From contig NC_134028.1 in the NCBI RefSeq assembly GCF_964204645.1, positions 930,001 through 994,000 of the forward strand: DNA of 64,000 bases. The letters run 5' to 3'. The position numbers were made by a program, and so were the translations under genes. The notes beneath the pieces are model-generated. The model ran no database searches. It was not told where the DNA came from and was given only the letters and a program-made list of their open reading frames with translations. Shown one piece after another: positions 27,219-39,700 of the stretch; the first letter of the stretch is position 1; every line of letters starts with the position of its first letter. The stretch is from Tubulanus polymorphus. Lineage: Eukaryota; Animalia; Nemertea.

Positions 27219-30200
27219 CTACACAGCATCTTCATTGAGGCAATCAGCTGATGTCTCCTCTTGGATCGGTTCCAATTCGCTTCTGGTGCGGGACATTCTG
27301 GCCGTGACTGGCACGGCGTCTTTCAGCGGCTTCTTGTTCGTTTCGGGCAGGTACAAAAACACTAAAACTGTTGCCGAAATGCAGAATATAAAATAGACAG
27401 CGTACGGTACTGTCCAATGAATGGCGATACCCTGCAGTTGGAGAAGAAAAAAAGTTTTTGAAATCATTTCATAATTAAAGAAATTCGAATCCCGGGACCC
27501 TTTGCAAGACGGGACAGATGCGGCTTTTTCACAGAGCCCAAGTGCCATAGACTGCGTATCTGACAACCACCTTTAACAATGAGAAACCATGGTAATATCT
27601 GACAAATTTCAAAATGTTCCCAGCTAGGATTATTTTCTCCCGCACATCCATGAAACTCAGAACTACACAATGATTGAGCACTTACCAAATAGGCGATTTG
27701 AGGAGCAATGATACCACCAATACGAGACACTGTACTACAAGATGATATACCCATAGTTCTGTATATGAAACACAAAATTAAAAATAATATGCACAATATA
27801 GGATTCTCGTTCAATAGAACGTAAATTCATTGAAGGATCATACGAAATATTCGAGACCAATAACGAGAGAAATCCCACAATAAATTCAGCCAAAAATGAA
27901 AAGTTCTATATCAAAATGATTATATTTCGAACAGTGTTTCGGTTTAATTCATTGGAGGATCATTCGAAACTAATACATTTACCGTATAACCGTTGGGAAA
28001 GTTTCAATACCATAAATACCGATCAGCTGCCAGCCTGCTAAAACTGCACCCTGCCCTACTATAACTAAAACAGTCATCAGGATTCCGACACCAGCTTCAG
28101 ATTTCTTATCCAGTAAGCCTATTATTAGAAATATCAGCAGACACAAAACCGGTACGGTCATGTAGCCGAAAAACGAATTCCGCCTACCGAATCTGCAAAA
28201 TAGAATCAACAGTTGATTGTAGCCTATATTTGCATATGAGATGTATTTGATAATGAAATCTATCCTGATCACTTGTAACGGCCATCTTGAATAATGTCAG
28301 AATTGGAAAAAATGTAGTCTTTTTAGTTCTTATTGTGGGTTTTTCGCTTTATTGAATTCAGACGGTCGCCAAAATGATCGTGTTTCCTCCAACTTGCCCG
28401 CTTAATGTAAAATATATGGATCATGTTACTTTATTTATAACTTCGTTAAGCCTTGATAAAGTCTATCTCTTCCATACCTGTTACCGGAGTATATAGCAGT
28501 CCAGACTAACGGCATCACCACACATGAGTTTAATATCGCATTCATGAATATTGTACCTTCGAATGTACTGTACATCGTACTGACTCCGTAGAATATAGTC
28601 GAACAGCAAAAACTGTTTAACAATAAGGAAAACTTTATGAAGAGGTCTCTCGAGGTATTGGTTCATTAGAAAATGATCAAATTGAACTTTATCGGGATCC
28701 AGTTTCACCGGGTCCAGTTCTACACTTGAGTTGCGAGGATTTAACTTAATTAATTGAAAATGAACTGAAAAACTGTGGAACCAGAAGCAGGTGAGTTAAA
28801 AAATTTGCAGAACTTAGCACATGCGAAGCATTTATTATGGAAATATGAATTTTGTATTCTACAATACATATTACAAGTTAGATAATGTTTTACCTGGCGT
28901 ACATCAGTGTTAAAGTCTGAATGGCCAGTTCTCTAGTACAGAATAGATCCAGATAATTGTGTCGTTTTCCCTCCTCCTGTTCAGACTTATCCTGAGCAGC
29001 TAACGCGCGTAGTAAACCTAGATCTGGTACTTGAGTTCTGTTCACTCGCGCCATCCAACGTATCGTCTTTTCAGCTTCTTCGAATCGACCTTTCATCGTC
29101 AACCATCGAATACTTTCAGGAACCCATCTACAGCGAAATCAAAACAAATATGATAATCTAATTCTGTATCTATAAATTTATAGATTGCAAGTGAAGAATG
29201 TTATCCACTAAACGTGCATCATGGCAGCGATGACTGCTGGCATGAATATAGCCCCCGTCACAAAAGCAAGATGTTGCCAGTTCCGTAAGTAGTACGCGAA
29301 GAAAGCCAACATCATTGGTGCAAATCCAAACAGACTTAGGGCTCCGACAAACGTGCGCCATTTTGGACCACAAAACTCCATTGGCAGCGTGTAACATAAA
29401 CAGAATGGTCCGGCTGGAATGTAGTAAGAAAGGTGCGTATTACTTCAATTGTGGAGGTGAAGAGAAAGCAGTCAGAAACAAGAGATTACACTTACCAATA
29501 CAGAAACCAATAAAGAATCTAAGTACAATATACATATAATAGTTAACTGATAATCCAGCGATGACTTGAAAAATCATAACTCCGCTACAGTAAACGAGAA
29601 GAGTTTTCTTACGACCGACCCATTCTGCCAGGTATCCGCAACATAGCGCTCCTATCAGTACTCCAGCCATCTGAATACTGACCGTCAGTTTTGGTATAAA
29701 TGATTGGTCACAGACAAGATCCCACTGTAACAAATGCATAAGGATTTTGAAGGTTATTCAGCATTTCGTAAGGAACTGTATCTTATGAAAGGGAGAGTGG
29801 GCTGTATGCGGGAAAATACGAACTTAACATAGAAACCTTTTGCGAATCTTATGAATGCGGTATTGTTATATAAAGTCACACACACGTATATAAGTATATA
29901 AGTACACACACGTATGAAGTTAGGAAAATATGATTTAAAAATGTATATCTAATCATGTTCACCCTTCACCTATAGACTGTGCATGCACCCACCTCTTTCA
30001 CTATGGAATTAATAGAGTCAGTTGTATTGTATTCAAATTTAATACATTTGTTTCCATCAATTTTGCAAACACCGGAGGTTGAATTTCCTACGATATGATT
30101 GGAAAAAGATACCACCGTCTGATTTCCGGAATATTCCGCGCATTTCCATTTGGGAACGACATTAGCAAATACATAGAATACCATGATCCAACTCGCGGAG

Positions 30201-30391
30201 AAATCCAGTAGACAAGTTATAGTAAATAAACGAACTTGAAATTTTCCGAAATATCCTAAAACTTTCAGCAACCGTTCGAAATGTATTTCTTCTGTTGTCG
30301 GAATTGAATCGTTACTTTTTAACTCCGTAGCAGCAGATTCGATGACGTCAGGAACCTGCTGGCCTGCAACAAGTCCTCTCTTCGTCATCAT
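27219..30391 (-). CDS. SLC22-family organic cation/anion transporter-like protein, paralog 2 (8 exons)
   Basis: Same exon layout as paralog 1; first exon 30391-29993 starts MMTKRG. Motifs: FERLLKVLGYFGKFQ, WDLVCD, GYLAEWVGRK, FGRR, ETFPTVIR, SRIGGIIAPQI, LPETNKKPL. Confidence 0.93.
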
Positions 30392-30929
30392 TTCGGGCGA
30401 TTTCACTTTTTTTGTTCTCAATCGCTTCTTCTATTCACGCAATAATAATATTTGCACCCGCTGAAGGTGTTTAGATATATAACTGTAGTTTTGCTCGATA
30501 CTGGAACAGGTCGACGTAATCACTGTTTAAACAACTGAACGATAAACTGAAGACACTGATCGAATTTATTAGATTTCAATGTCGTTGTTAACCCAGCACG
30601 ATCACGACTCAAGCAGTAAACGTGACTGGTCGACGTTTATCACAGAGTGGTAAACATTTAGCTGCAGTGACCAGTCAGGTTTGGGATAACCTCAGTCAGG
30701 TGTGGGGTAACCACAGTCAGGCATGGTGCCTGGTTTGCAATCATACTCTATCCGTTAACAATACAATTGATTTCAAATAGTAAAACCTGAATAGCAAGTG
30801 TTCAGGTCCATTGGGCATTTACCAAAAGGTGCCATCTAGAATAATGAGAATAAAAAAATCATGGGCTATCTCTTAAGTTAACCTTAGCCTCGAATACGGG
30901 ATGCTAACCAAAGCCATAGCTCTTCAAGC

Positions 30930-31155
30930 TTAAAGTAAGCCAAACCCCAGCTCTAGCTCCCAGAAACGTTAAACCTAGATTCGAACCCGGGCCTTCGGCG
31001 CACCAGCCGAGCACGCTAATCACTAGCTATCACTATCACTTATCACTAGACCAACGAACCCAAGTGACTGGCGTCATTTGGAAGTTTATGCAGTCAGTGT
31101 GATGACCAGTCAGGTGTGGTAATCAGTCAGGTTTGGTGACTGGTTGTCAGTCATT
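30930..31155 (-). mobile_element. Interspersed repeat with a tRNA-like segment and gaccagtcaggtgtg end motif
   Basis: Minus strand has a B-box-like gggttcgaatct. Colinear similarity to 42563-42785. Confidence 0.55.
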
Positions 31156-31759
31156 GTATTTTCACCAGAGATCCTCGGCTATCATTCGATATGACCTAAA
31201 TTTCTCTCGACAATCAGTTCGCTTGCTATATTTTTATTTTTTTTTTTGGGGGGGGGGGGGTAATCTTATCGTAGACGGTATTGCACCTCGCGTGGTTTAC
31301 GTCATTGTAAAACGATATCATTTCCTGCTGCTCTGACGTTGTAAACAATCGTGAAGACAAGACCTCTTTATTCATAGCTTGTAAAAAACGCCCAATTATT
31401 CATTCATTAGACGGAGAGAGATTGATCAGACTTAACTCCACCAAGATCAATGAGAAAAGATACCGGACAACACTTAGACTTGGATTACAACAAGACAAAC
31501 ATAAGTGAATTCGTGGATTCTACGTGTTGCCTGATATAAAGCCTATGTTGTTGATCGTGGTAAGACCGGGTAAGCTGAGTGGGTCAAATGGGCCTCTGTA
31601 AATTGCTTATGTAACAGTTGCTGATGATCCACAGCAGAGGCAACGGAATACGCTTTGATTTCTTTATGGCTGATATGTACAGAATCGCAGTTTACCATTT
31701 TTATTTTGATTATTCCATTTTGCCTTCTATGGATTACTTTATGTTACAGCTGAATTTGA

Positions 31760-32410
31760 ATGATGGCTGATTTGACGACCTGCGATCATGCGTTACTTCA
31801 ATACCAGCAAACCGCCTCTCCTGCAACAGGACAACAAGGAGGAAACTCTGCAGTCCAACTACAGATCCCACCAGCACTCCAGCCAATGGTGATTCAACTA
31901 CAATGCATTCAGACATCGGACATACAAGAACCAGCTGATGAGCCACTCTCCCAACGGACTTCAATTTCTTGTAGAAGGATCGATGCCAGAAGGTTCACAA
32001 TTTGTGGAATCGTACAAATGATTTCTGGCATCATCTGCATTACTTCAAGTTTAGTTATGATTTTTTTTTGTTATTATATAGAAGGTGGTAGTATCGGTAT
32101 TTGGGGAGGGATTTTGTTCATTGCCGCTGGTGCTTTTGGGATTGTGCATGGTGAAATGTTATTGAAATGTTATATGATCATATGTTTCAGTTTGTCCATT
32201 TTGGCTGCAATCTGTTCCTTCGGTTTAATAATAGTGTCTATGATCTGGCTGCCGCACAGAATGTGTTTCACAGACTGGGTACTAGCCATGTACTGTGTAT
32301 CGGTACTTACTGCATTATCAGAATTCATAACATCTATTTGTCAGGCTTTATTTTTCTGTCGATACTTGATACGAATGTGCAATGATATGGAAATTCAGCA
32401 AACCGAATGA
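31760..32410 (+). CDS. MS4A/CD20-like four-TM protein, paralog 1 (shortened N-terminus, frameshift-truncated C-terminus; possibly a pseudogene)
   Basis: GIVQMISG, GIWGGILFIAAGAFGI, four hydrophobic segments. The paralogs' tail (QVPIV...TYNSVTD) is present out of frame after the stop. Confidence 0.75.
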   Translation: MMADLTTCDHALLQYQQTASPATGQQGGNSAVQLQIPPALQPMVIQLQCIQTSDIQEPADEPLSQRTSISCRRIDARRFTICGIVQMISGIICITSSLVMIFFCYYIEGGSIGIWGGILFIAAGAFGIVHGEMLLKCYMIICFSLSILAAICSFGLIIVSMIWLPHRMCFTDWVLAMYCVSVLTALSEFITSICQALFFCRYLIRMCNDMEIQQTE

Positions 32411-34030
32411 CCAAGTCCCGATTGTAATTTGTCCGCCAAACCTTCAACTTATAATTCTGTCACTGATGACGAACGTTACTGCTTGATTGGACTTGTAAAT
32501 TATAAGTTTATCCATCCTCGCCTGCTGTGTTTGATCACCTCACGACGCCGAAGCTCACACCGAAACAAGCTTCGACGGGGATAACCTATTATCTTGTAGG
32601 CGAGGATGAAGTTTATTATGATACGTTGTGTACAGAGCTATTATTACCAGTAAGTGCATTATGTAACAGAATTTTAACGAAATACAAAAAGTAACGACCT
32701 TTATTTTGTGCAACTATCAGTGTTTCTTGCTCTAGTTTTTATTCGGTGTAAGAATCTCGTCATCTCATCATCAACTTCCTGCTGCACCGGATACTGGATT
32801 ACACCGGATTACACTTGGCGCGTTGTGACGCAACAACCCGGATGTAGCATCATCACCGAAAACAACTGCGCAGTTAGTTTCATTCTGATTCAACAGACTA
32901 TTGGGGAAACATACCAGTAGATCCTCTTCTCATTTGGACTCATACAACAAGACGAACAAAGGTAAAATTCGTGGATTCTATTGGGTATCTCGTTAGGCCT
33001 ATTGCTGCTGAGTGTGGTGGTGAAAACTAATACCGGTTAAATAGAGAGAGGGTTTGATCGCGGCCTCTTCACTTATAGCTCATGATAAACCCTCTATATC
33101 TGATGATTCAAACGAGGGTAACGAACAGAAAACGCCGTTTGACTTTCTTCATAATCAGCTCTCACAGAATCGGAAAAAAATTGCGACTAATATCCGCTGT
33201 CACAGGATTTACGTAGGTTTCCCTGTTGCCTTATAATGATCCACGATGTTTGAAAGAAACGCACGGGTTATTTCGTAATTCACTTGTTCCAGAAACAACT
33301 TCTAAACACAGGATACTGAAGGCACGTGACTTGCTTTATACCATGAATTACACGAAACCATACTATTCGACCTACACGTTTTATTTTTTATTGGCACCAC
33401 TCGTGAACCAGTCGCCATTTTCTATTGCGCAATCGATCGATAAAACGTCTAGCCGTCTACAAGATACACGGATATCACACAGAGAATATTGATTATTTTG
33501 TGGATAGAAAGAAAATACATTGTACGTACATCAACTCAGTAAATTTTTCAGCTAGTTTACCAGGGTTTTGATTATCAGTAGGTGACGCCTTAGTTTTATC
33601 GTTGTGAATACAGCATTAGCAGTATTCTCGACAGTACAGTAGATGTATGTATTGTACTGTATTATGACAGCGCGCAGACGAAACTGTGAACGTTTTAATA
33701 CGTTCTATTTGAAGAAGAATTTTGGTTGAGTATCGTCATTTTTTTTTTTCATTCAGACTCGCGCACAAAACACCTACGATATAACGTTAAGAAGGTAAGT
33801 TCCCGGATTGATTGAGTGATTGTTCATTCTATTTCTATGACAATAACTGGTGCCTGATTTAGGCAACATGGTTTTGACAAATTTGTTGATTGTCAAAATC
33901 ATTCCTATATATATTTCAAAATGAATCATCATTTGGTGGTTTCTAGTGCTTACTTTATGGCCGTAGCGAAAATAGAAATTATTTACATTGACCATATATG
34001 TTCGTGTTGTAGGTGAAATAGAGAATTCAA

Positions 34031-34999
34031 ATGATGGCTGATTTGACGACTAATGATCGTACTGTGTTACTTCAACACTCGGAACAGACTACTGTCCCAG
34101 CAGCCCAAACTGCTGTTATGTTCGCTCCTCAGCAACAGCTTCAGTACGCCATGCCTGTTGGTAATATGACTTACAGCATGCCCACAGCCCAAGCTGTACC
34201 AGTAAATGTTGGTATGCCATCTGCAGCACCAGGACAACAATTGTATGTTTTACAAGGAGGAAACTCTGCAAACCAACCACAGATCCAACCAGTAACCCAA
34301 CCACAGATCCAAACAGCAGCCCAACCAGGGATGATACAACTCCAGTATGGCATGACACCAGCCGTTCAGACACCAGCCATGCAGATGCCAGCTGATGAGC
34401 CACTCTTCGACCAGACTCCAATTCCTTGTAGCAACATCGATACCAAAAGGTTCACAATTTGTGGAATCGTCCAAATAATTTCCGGCATAATTTGCATTGC
34501 CTCAAGTATAGCTATATTTGCTTTCCGTAGGTACTTAGATGATGGTGGTATTGGTATTTGGGGAGGGATTTTGTTCATTGTCGCTGGTGCTTTTGGGATT
34601 GTGAATGGTAAAAAATTCCTAAAATGTTATATGATCACATGTTTCAGTTTGTCCATTGTGGCTGCATTCTGTTCCTTTGCTGCGATTCTAACATCTTTGA
34701 CCTGGGTTTACTACCGGTCTTACCTAGGCTGGGCACCAGCCATGTACTGCGTATTGGCATTTGCTGCATTGTCAGAGTTCATTACATCTATTTGTCAGGC
34801 TTCATTTTTCTGTCGATACTTGGTAAGAATGTGTAATACATGTAGTATGACGATTCATCAACAGAATGCAGACCAACAAGTCCCGATTGTAATCTATCTG
34901 AATATTCCTCCTGGGTATTTACAACAGCCATCGATAGATAAGGAGATGTCCGCCCAACCTCCGACTTATAATTCCGTTACTGATAACGTCACTGCTTAA
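34031..34999 (+). CDS. MS4A/CD20-like four-TM protein, paralog 2 (322 aa, intronless CDS)
   Basis: Q/P-rich N-terminus; GIVQIISG...GIWGGILFIVAGAFGI...SQA-type CD20-family pattern; PPGY and PPTY in the tail; splice acceptor just upstream of the ATG. Confidence 0.9.
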   Translation: MMADLTTNDRTVLLQHSEQTTVPAAQTAVMFAPQQQLQYAMPVGNMTYSMPTAQAVPVNVGMPSAAPGQQLYVLQGGNSANQPQIQPVTQPQIQTAAQPGMIQLQYGMTPAVQTPAMQMPADEPLFDQTPIPCSNIDTKRFTICGIVQIISGIICIASSIAIFAFRRYLDDGGIGIWGGILFIVAGAFGIVNGKKFLKCYMITCFSLSIVAAFCSFAAILTSLTWVYYRSYLGWAPAMYCVLAFAALSEFITSICQASFFCRYLVRMCNTCSMTIHQQNADQQVPIVIYLNIPPGYLQQPSIDKEMSAQPPTYNSVTDNVTA

Positions 35000-36814
35000 T
35001 ATGATATGTACCAACAAGTCGTACGCTTATCAGTGGGAGATGAGATCTAAATTGTCCTAATTTCAAATTGATATCTGCAATCGTGGATGTTGTAAAAGAA
35101 CGTTTTCTTGGACACAAATTAAGATGCGCTCAATATAAACCAGAACTACGATTAGCTTTGACTAATTATCAATAAGCTGTTATATATAGTTTTAGATGGT
35201 CTAGCTTTGGTAATATACGTAGTAAAATATGCGGATATGTACACATAATCTATCCTTAAATGGAAAACCTTACCGGTGGCATTATAATATTTTCTCACTG
35301 TCCTATTGGGCTCAGTGAAATATCTGATTATTGTTTTGCCTTTAGTAGCAATATACGTTTCTGTATATCAGGATGAATAACAGTTGGATGAATAAATTCC
35401 GAATTTCCTTAAGTTCAGTCTAGGATCCCACCTCCCTGGTCCAGTAGAGATGTGGTCCAAAGGTCAGTTAAAAGTAAGCCGTTGCTTCATTTTAACATAA
35501 TTATATCGCTATCGCTCATGATTTCTATTATTGTTATCATAAACAAAACTAATTCAAGTTAATTATAATTTTGTCAGTACTGAGCGTAATTAATGACACT
35601 TGAATATGATAGATGGAAATAAACATCACAGTAAATTCGTCTAAAGGAATTGTTTTTACTTATTCATTTATTCCGGTTGTTTCAACCATGGACGAAGTTT
35701 CTTATTTCAATCCTTTACGTTATTTGTGGCTTTAAGGCAAAGTATCTTTACACTAGAATATTGACAATAGACTGACCACTGGAACAGACTTACACGCACC
35801 CAAGTCCAGGAAAATGTGAGACAGTATCCAAATAAAGGAAGGACATTTTTGGACGGCCACAATCGAGGGTTTTCCGTCGGTATTAGAAATCTCTGAAGAA
35901 ACGCATTCGAAAAGATACAATTTCCGAGAGGATCAGTGTCAATTTTGCAGATTATCGACGATCTCTTAGTTGACAAAAATAGCAACCTGAATGGTAAAGG
36001 GAAGGCAGGACCTACTTCATTCCCTATTTGTTAACGTTGTTTATGGAATGGTATTTCTATCCAGGAAATGCCTTACAAAACGTTACACGTAATCATGTAT
36101 TTCACTTGACTGGAAACGTTTACAATAACATGAAAGTAGATGTCCTATTTTTTACTGGCGCTACGTAGTTACGGTTGTTCACCATTCGTTCCCATTTCCC
36201 TGAACAAGTCGCCATTTTGTTTTGTGTTATCAATCGATAAAAACGTCTGGCGGCTATCATACAAGGGATTTTATTCATTGTGTGGATAGAAAGAAGATAC
36301 TTGTACGTACATCAACTCAGTACATTTTTCTGTCGGTTTACCTGGGTTTTGATTGTTATCAGGTGACGCCTTATTAATGTGGTTGAATGTATATAGTATT
36401 CATACACTAGCTATTCTAGCATTATCGACTGAGTTAGTGTATATACATGTATTATCAGCACTGTGTATTATGAATGCGTATTGACGGAATTAACTGCGTA
36501 TGTCTAAAATACGTTCTGTATGAACAAGATTTTTGGTTGAGTATCGTCTTTTTCTTTTTTCATTCAGACTCGCGCACAAAACATCCGCGATATATAGAGT
36601 AAAAGAGGTAAGTTCTAATAAAACGAATTCGTTCTTTATACTATTTCTTCTACAGTCAGAGCCTAATTTAGTTCGTATCGACCAATTCGTTAAATTATCA
36701 AAACGTTTCCTATATCTACTCCAAATAATCATCCTCCAAACAAATGGCTTATGGAAAAAAGTCGTTAAGAATATAAAGTTCTTCATTGTGTTGCAGGTGA
36801 AGTAGATGATTTGA

Positions 36815-37783
36815 ATGATGGCTGATTTGACGACTAATGATCGTACTGTGTTACTTCAACACTCGGAACAGACTACTGTCCCAGCAGCCCAAACTGCTGT
36901 TATGTTCGCTCCTCAGCAACAGCTTCAGTACGCCATGCCTGTTGGTAATATGAATTACAGCATGCCCACAGCCCAAGCTGTACCAGTAAATGTTGGTATG
37001 CCGTCTGCAGCACCAGGACAACAAGTGTATGTTTTACAGGGAGGAAACTCTGCTAACCAACCACAGATCCAACCAGTAGCCCAACCAGGGATGATACAAC
37101 TCCAGTATGGCATGACACCAGCCGGTCTAACACCCCAGTATGGCATGACACCAGCAGTTCAGACACCAGCCATGCAGATGCCAGCTGATGAGCCACTCTT
37201 CGACCAGACTCCAATTCCTCGTAGCAACATTGATGGCAAAAGGTTCACAATTTGTGGAATCGTCCAAATAATTTCCGGCATAATTTGCATTGCTTCAAGT
37301 GTAGGTGTATGGGCAGATCGTCGGTATATAGAAGGTGGTGGTATCGGTATTTGGGGAGGGGTTTTGTTCATTGTCGCTGGTGCCTTTGGGATTGTGAATG
37401 GTAAGAAATTCCTAAAATGTTATATGATCACATGTTTCAGTTTGTCCATTGTGGCTGCATTATGTGCCTTTGGTACAATACTTGTATCCCTTAACTGGGT
37501 CTACAGAATGTGTTACCTAGGCTGGGCACCAGGCATGTACTGTGTAACGGCTCTTGCTGCATTGTCAGAGTTCATTACATCTATTTGTCAGGCTTCATTT
37601 TTCTGTCGATACTTGGTAAGAATGTGTAATAATATGAAGATTCAGCAACAGAATAACCAACAAGTCCCGATTGTAATCTATCTGAATATTCCTCCTGGGT
37701 ATTTACAACAACCATCGACAGATAAGGAGATGTCCGCCCAACCTCCAACTTATAATTCAGTTACTGATAACGTTACTGCTTAA
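36815..37783 (+). CDS. MS4A/CD20-like four-TM protein, paralog 3 (322 aa)
   Basis: Closely similar to paralog 2 throughout; flanking non-coding DNA is also duplicated. Confidence 0.9.
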   Translation: MMADLTTNDRTVLLQHSEQTTVPAAQTAVMFAPQQQLQYAMPVGNMNYSMPTAQAVPVNVGMPSAAPGQQVYVLQGGNSANQPQIQPVAQPGMIQLQYGMTPAGLTPQYGMTPAVQTPAMQMPADEPLFDQTPIPRSNIDGKRFTICGIVQIISGIICIASSVGVWADRRYIEGGGIGIWGGVLFIVAGAFGIVNGKKFLKCYMITCFSLSIVAALCAFGTILVSLNWVYRMCYLGWAPGMYCVTALAALSEFITSICQASFFCRYLVRMCNNMKIQQQNNQQVPIVIYLNIPPGYLQQPSTDKEMSAQPPTYNSVTDNVTA

Positions 37784-39700
37784 TATGACATGTACCAACA
37801 AGTGGTACGATTATCAGTTGGAGATGAGATCTAAATTGTCCTAATTTCAAATTGATATCTGCGTTCGTGGATGTTGTAAAATAACGTTTTCTTGGACACA
37901 CATTAAGATACTCTCAATGTAAACCAGAACCACGCTTGGTTTGGACTCATTATCAATAAGCTATTATATATAGTTTTAGCATAGTTAACATTTAGTATAG
38001 TTCTAGCTTTGGTAATATACGTAGTAAGGTACACGGATATGTAATAACACAGAATATATCGTTAAATGGAAGTTATTATTCCAATTGGATTATCATTATA
38101 TTCATTGCTATCTATAAGTTACCCTGTATATGATAGCACTATACACCCGGGCTCTGGCTAAGCTAAAGTATGAGTTTCTTTACGTTTATTGTCCTTGGTA
38201 TATAATAAGCATAATATCTTCTCATTGTTCTATTAGGACGGATATCTTTTTTTGAGCTCAATAAAAAATATCTGATTATTTGTTGGCCTTATAGTATCTT
38301 TGAGCGAAAAATTAAATTCCGAATTTCCTTAGTTCAATCAAGGATCCCACCTTTCTGGTCCAGTAGAGATGTAGTCCTATGCAAAGTCGCTCATGATTTC
38401 TTTATTATTATCAGAAACAACCCAAGTTAATCATAATTGTGTCTGTACTGAGCGTAATTAATGACACTTGAATATGATAGATGGAAATAAACATCACAGT
38501 AAATTCGTCTAAAGGAATTGTTTTAACTTTTTCATTTATTCCGGTTTTTTCAACGATGGACTCTAAACGAAGTTTCTTATTTCAATCCTTCACGTGATTT
38601 GATCTTTACACTAGAATACTGGCAATAGACTGACCACAGGAACAGACTATACCTTACCCAGGTCTAGGAAAATGTGAGACAGTATCCAAAAGAAAAAGAT
38701 GCGATTTCTGAGAGAATGAGCGTCACATTTGCAGGCGACGATCTCCCCTGATATAAAAAGGCAACCTGATTTGCAATGAGAAGACAGCATCCACTTCACC
38801 CCCGAACTCGTTTCAAGGATTGGACTGTTAACTGGATTGCAGGGCTAAATACCGAAGTTTATCCGGGACTAGCTGGTGGGGTGCATAACATTTTACATAG
38901 GAAATACCTTACATAATAACGTTCCATGTAATTATACATTACATAACCAAAAATTATACATAATTACACATACATTAATATAACTTCGCCTAATTGTTTA
39001 TTGCATATATTACTCAATAAGTAATTTGCCCTACATAACATTCTAAAGTCGCTCGATTTTTCTTGGCATGATTTCACAATGCGTCATATTTATTTATATG
39101 CAAATCAATGATTCCGATTTTTTTCGCTAAAGCGACAGAACTGTTGTGGCGTCAATATATCAGTGCGCCAACTGCTGCCAGCCTTAGTCAATACATAGTT
39201 CTTATTTAAAAAGCTACGTGTGGTTCTCTTAACTTCAGTTCTATACATGGAGTCTCGGAGTAAGTTGCACAGACTACATGCACATCCTGCATGTTTTTAT
39301 TCGTTATATATGTCGCATATTGCTATCGACCTCGTAGCACTGCGACGATGTAAAATAGTACTGTGATAGTGTGCGCAATAACTGCGTCATGGATATATAC
39401 ACAATAATCATATAAGATCTTTCTCTTTCATTTAGCGAGCGCCAACAAAGTTCAATCATAGACCACATAAAACTCGAGGTAAGATTCGAATGAGATTTAC
39501 AGTTTATCATTTTGGATGATATTGATTGTATTTACGTGAATTGAGTTTTGAAAGTTGAAAGAAAGAAACAAGATATTGAAGAACGTCCTTATTTGGCAGT
39601 AGATCGAATGTACATTAAGATAACTTTCACTGAACTAAATTTATGACCGCCTCTAAACAGGATTGTATATGTTAATTTTTAGGTGAAATAGAGAATTTAA

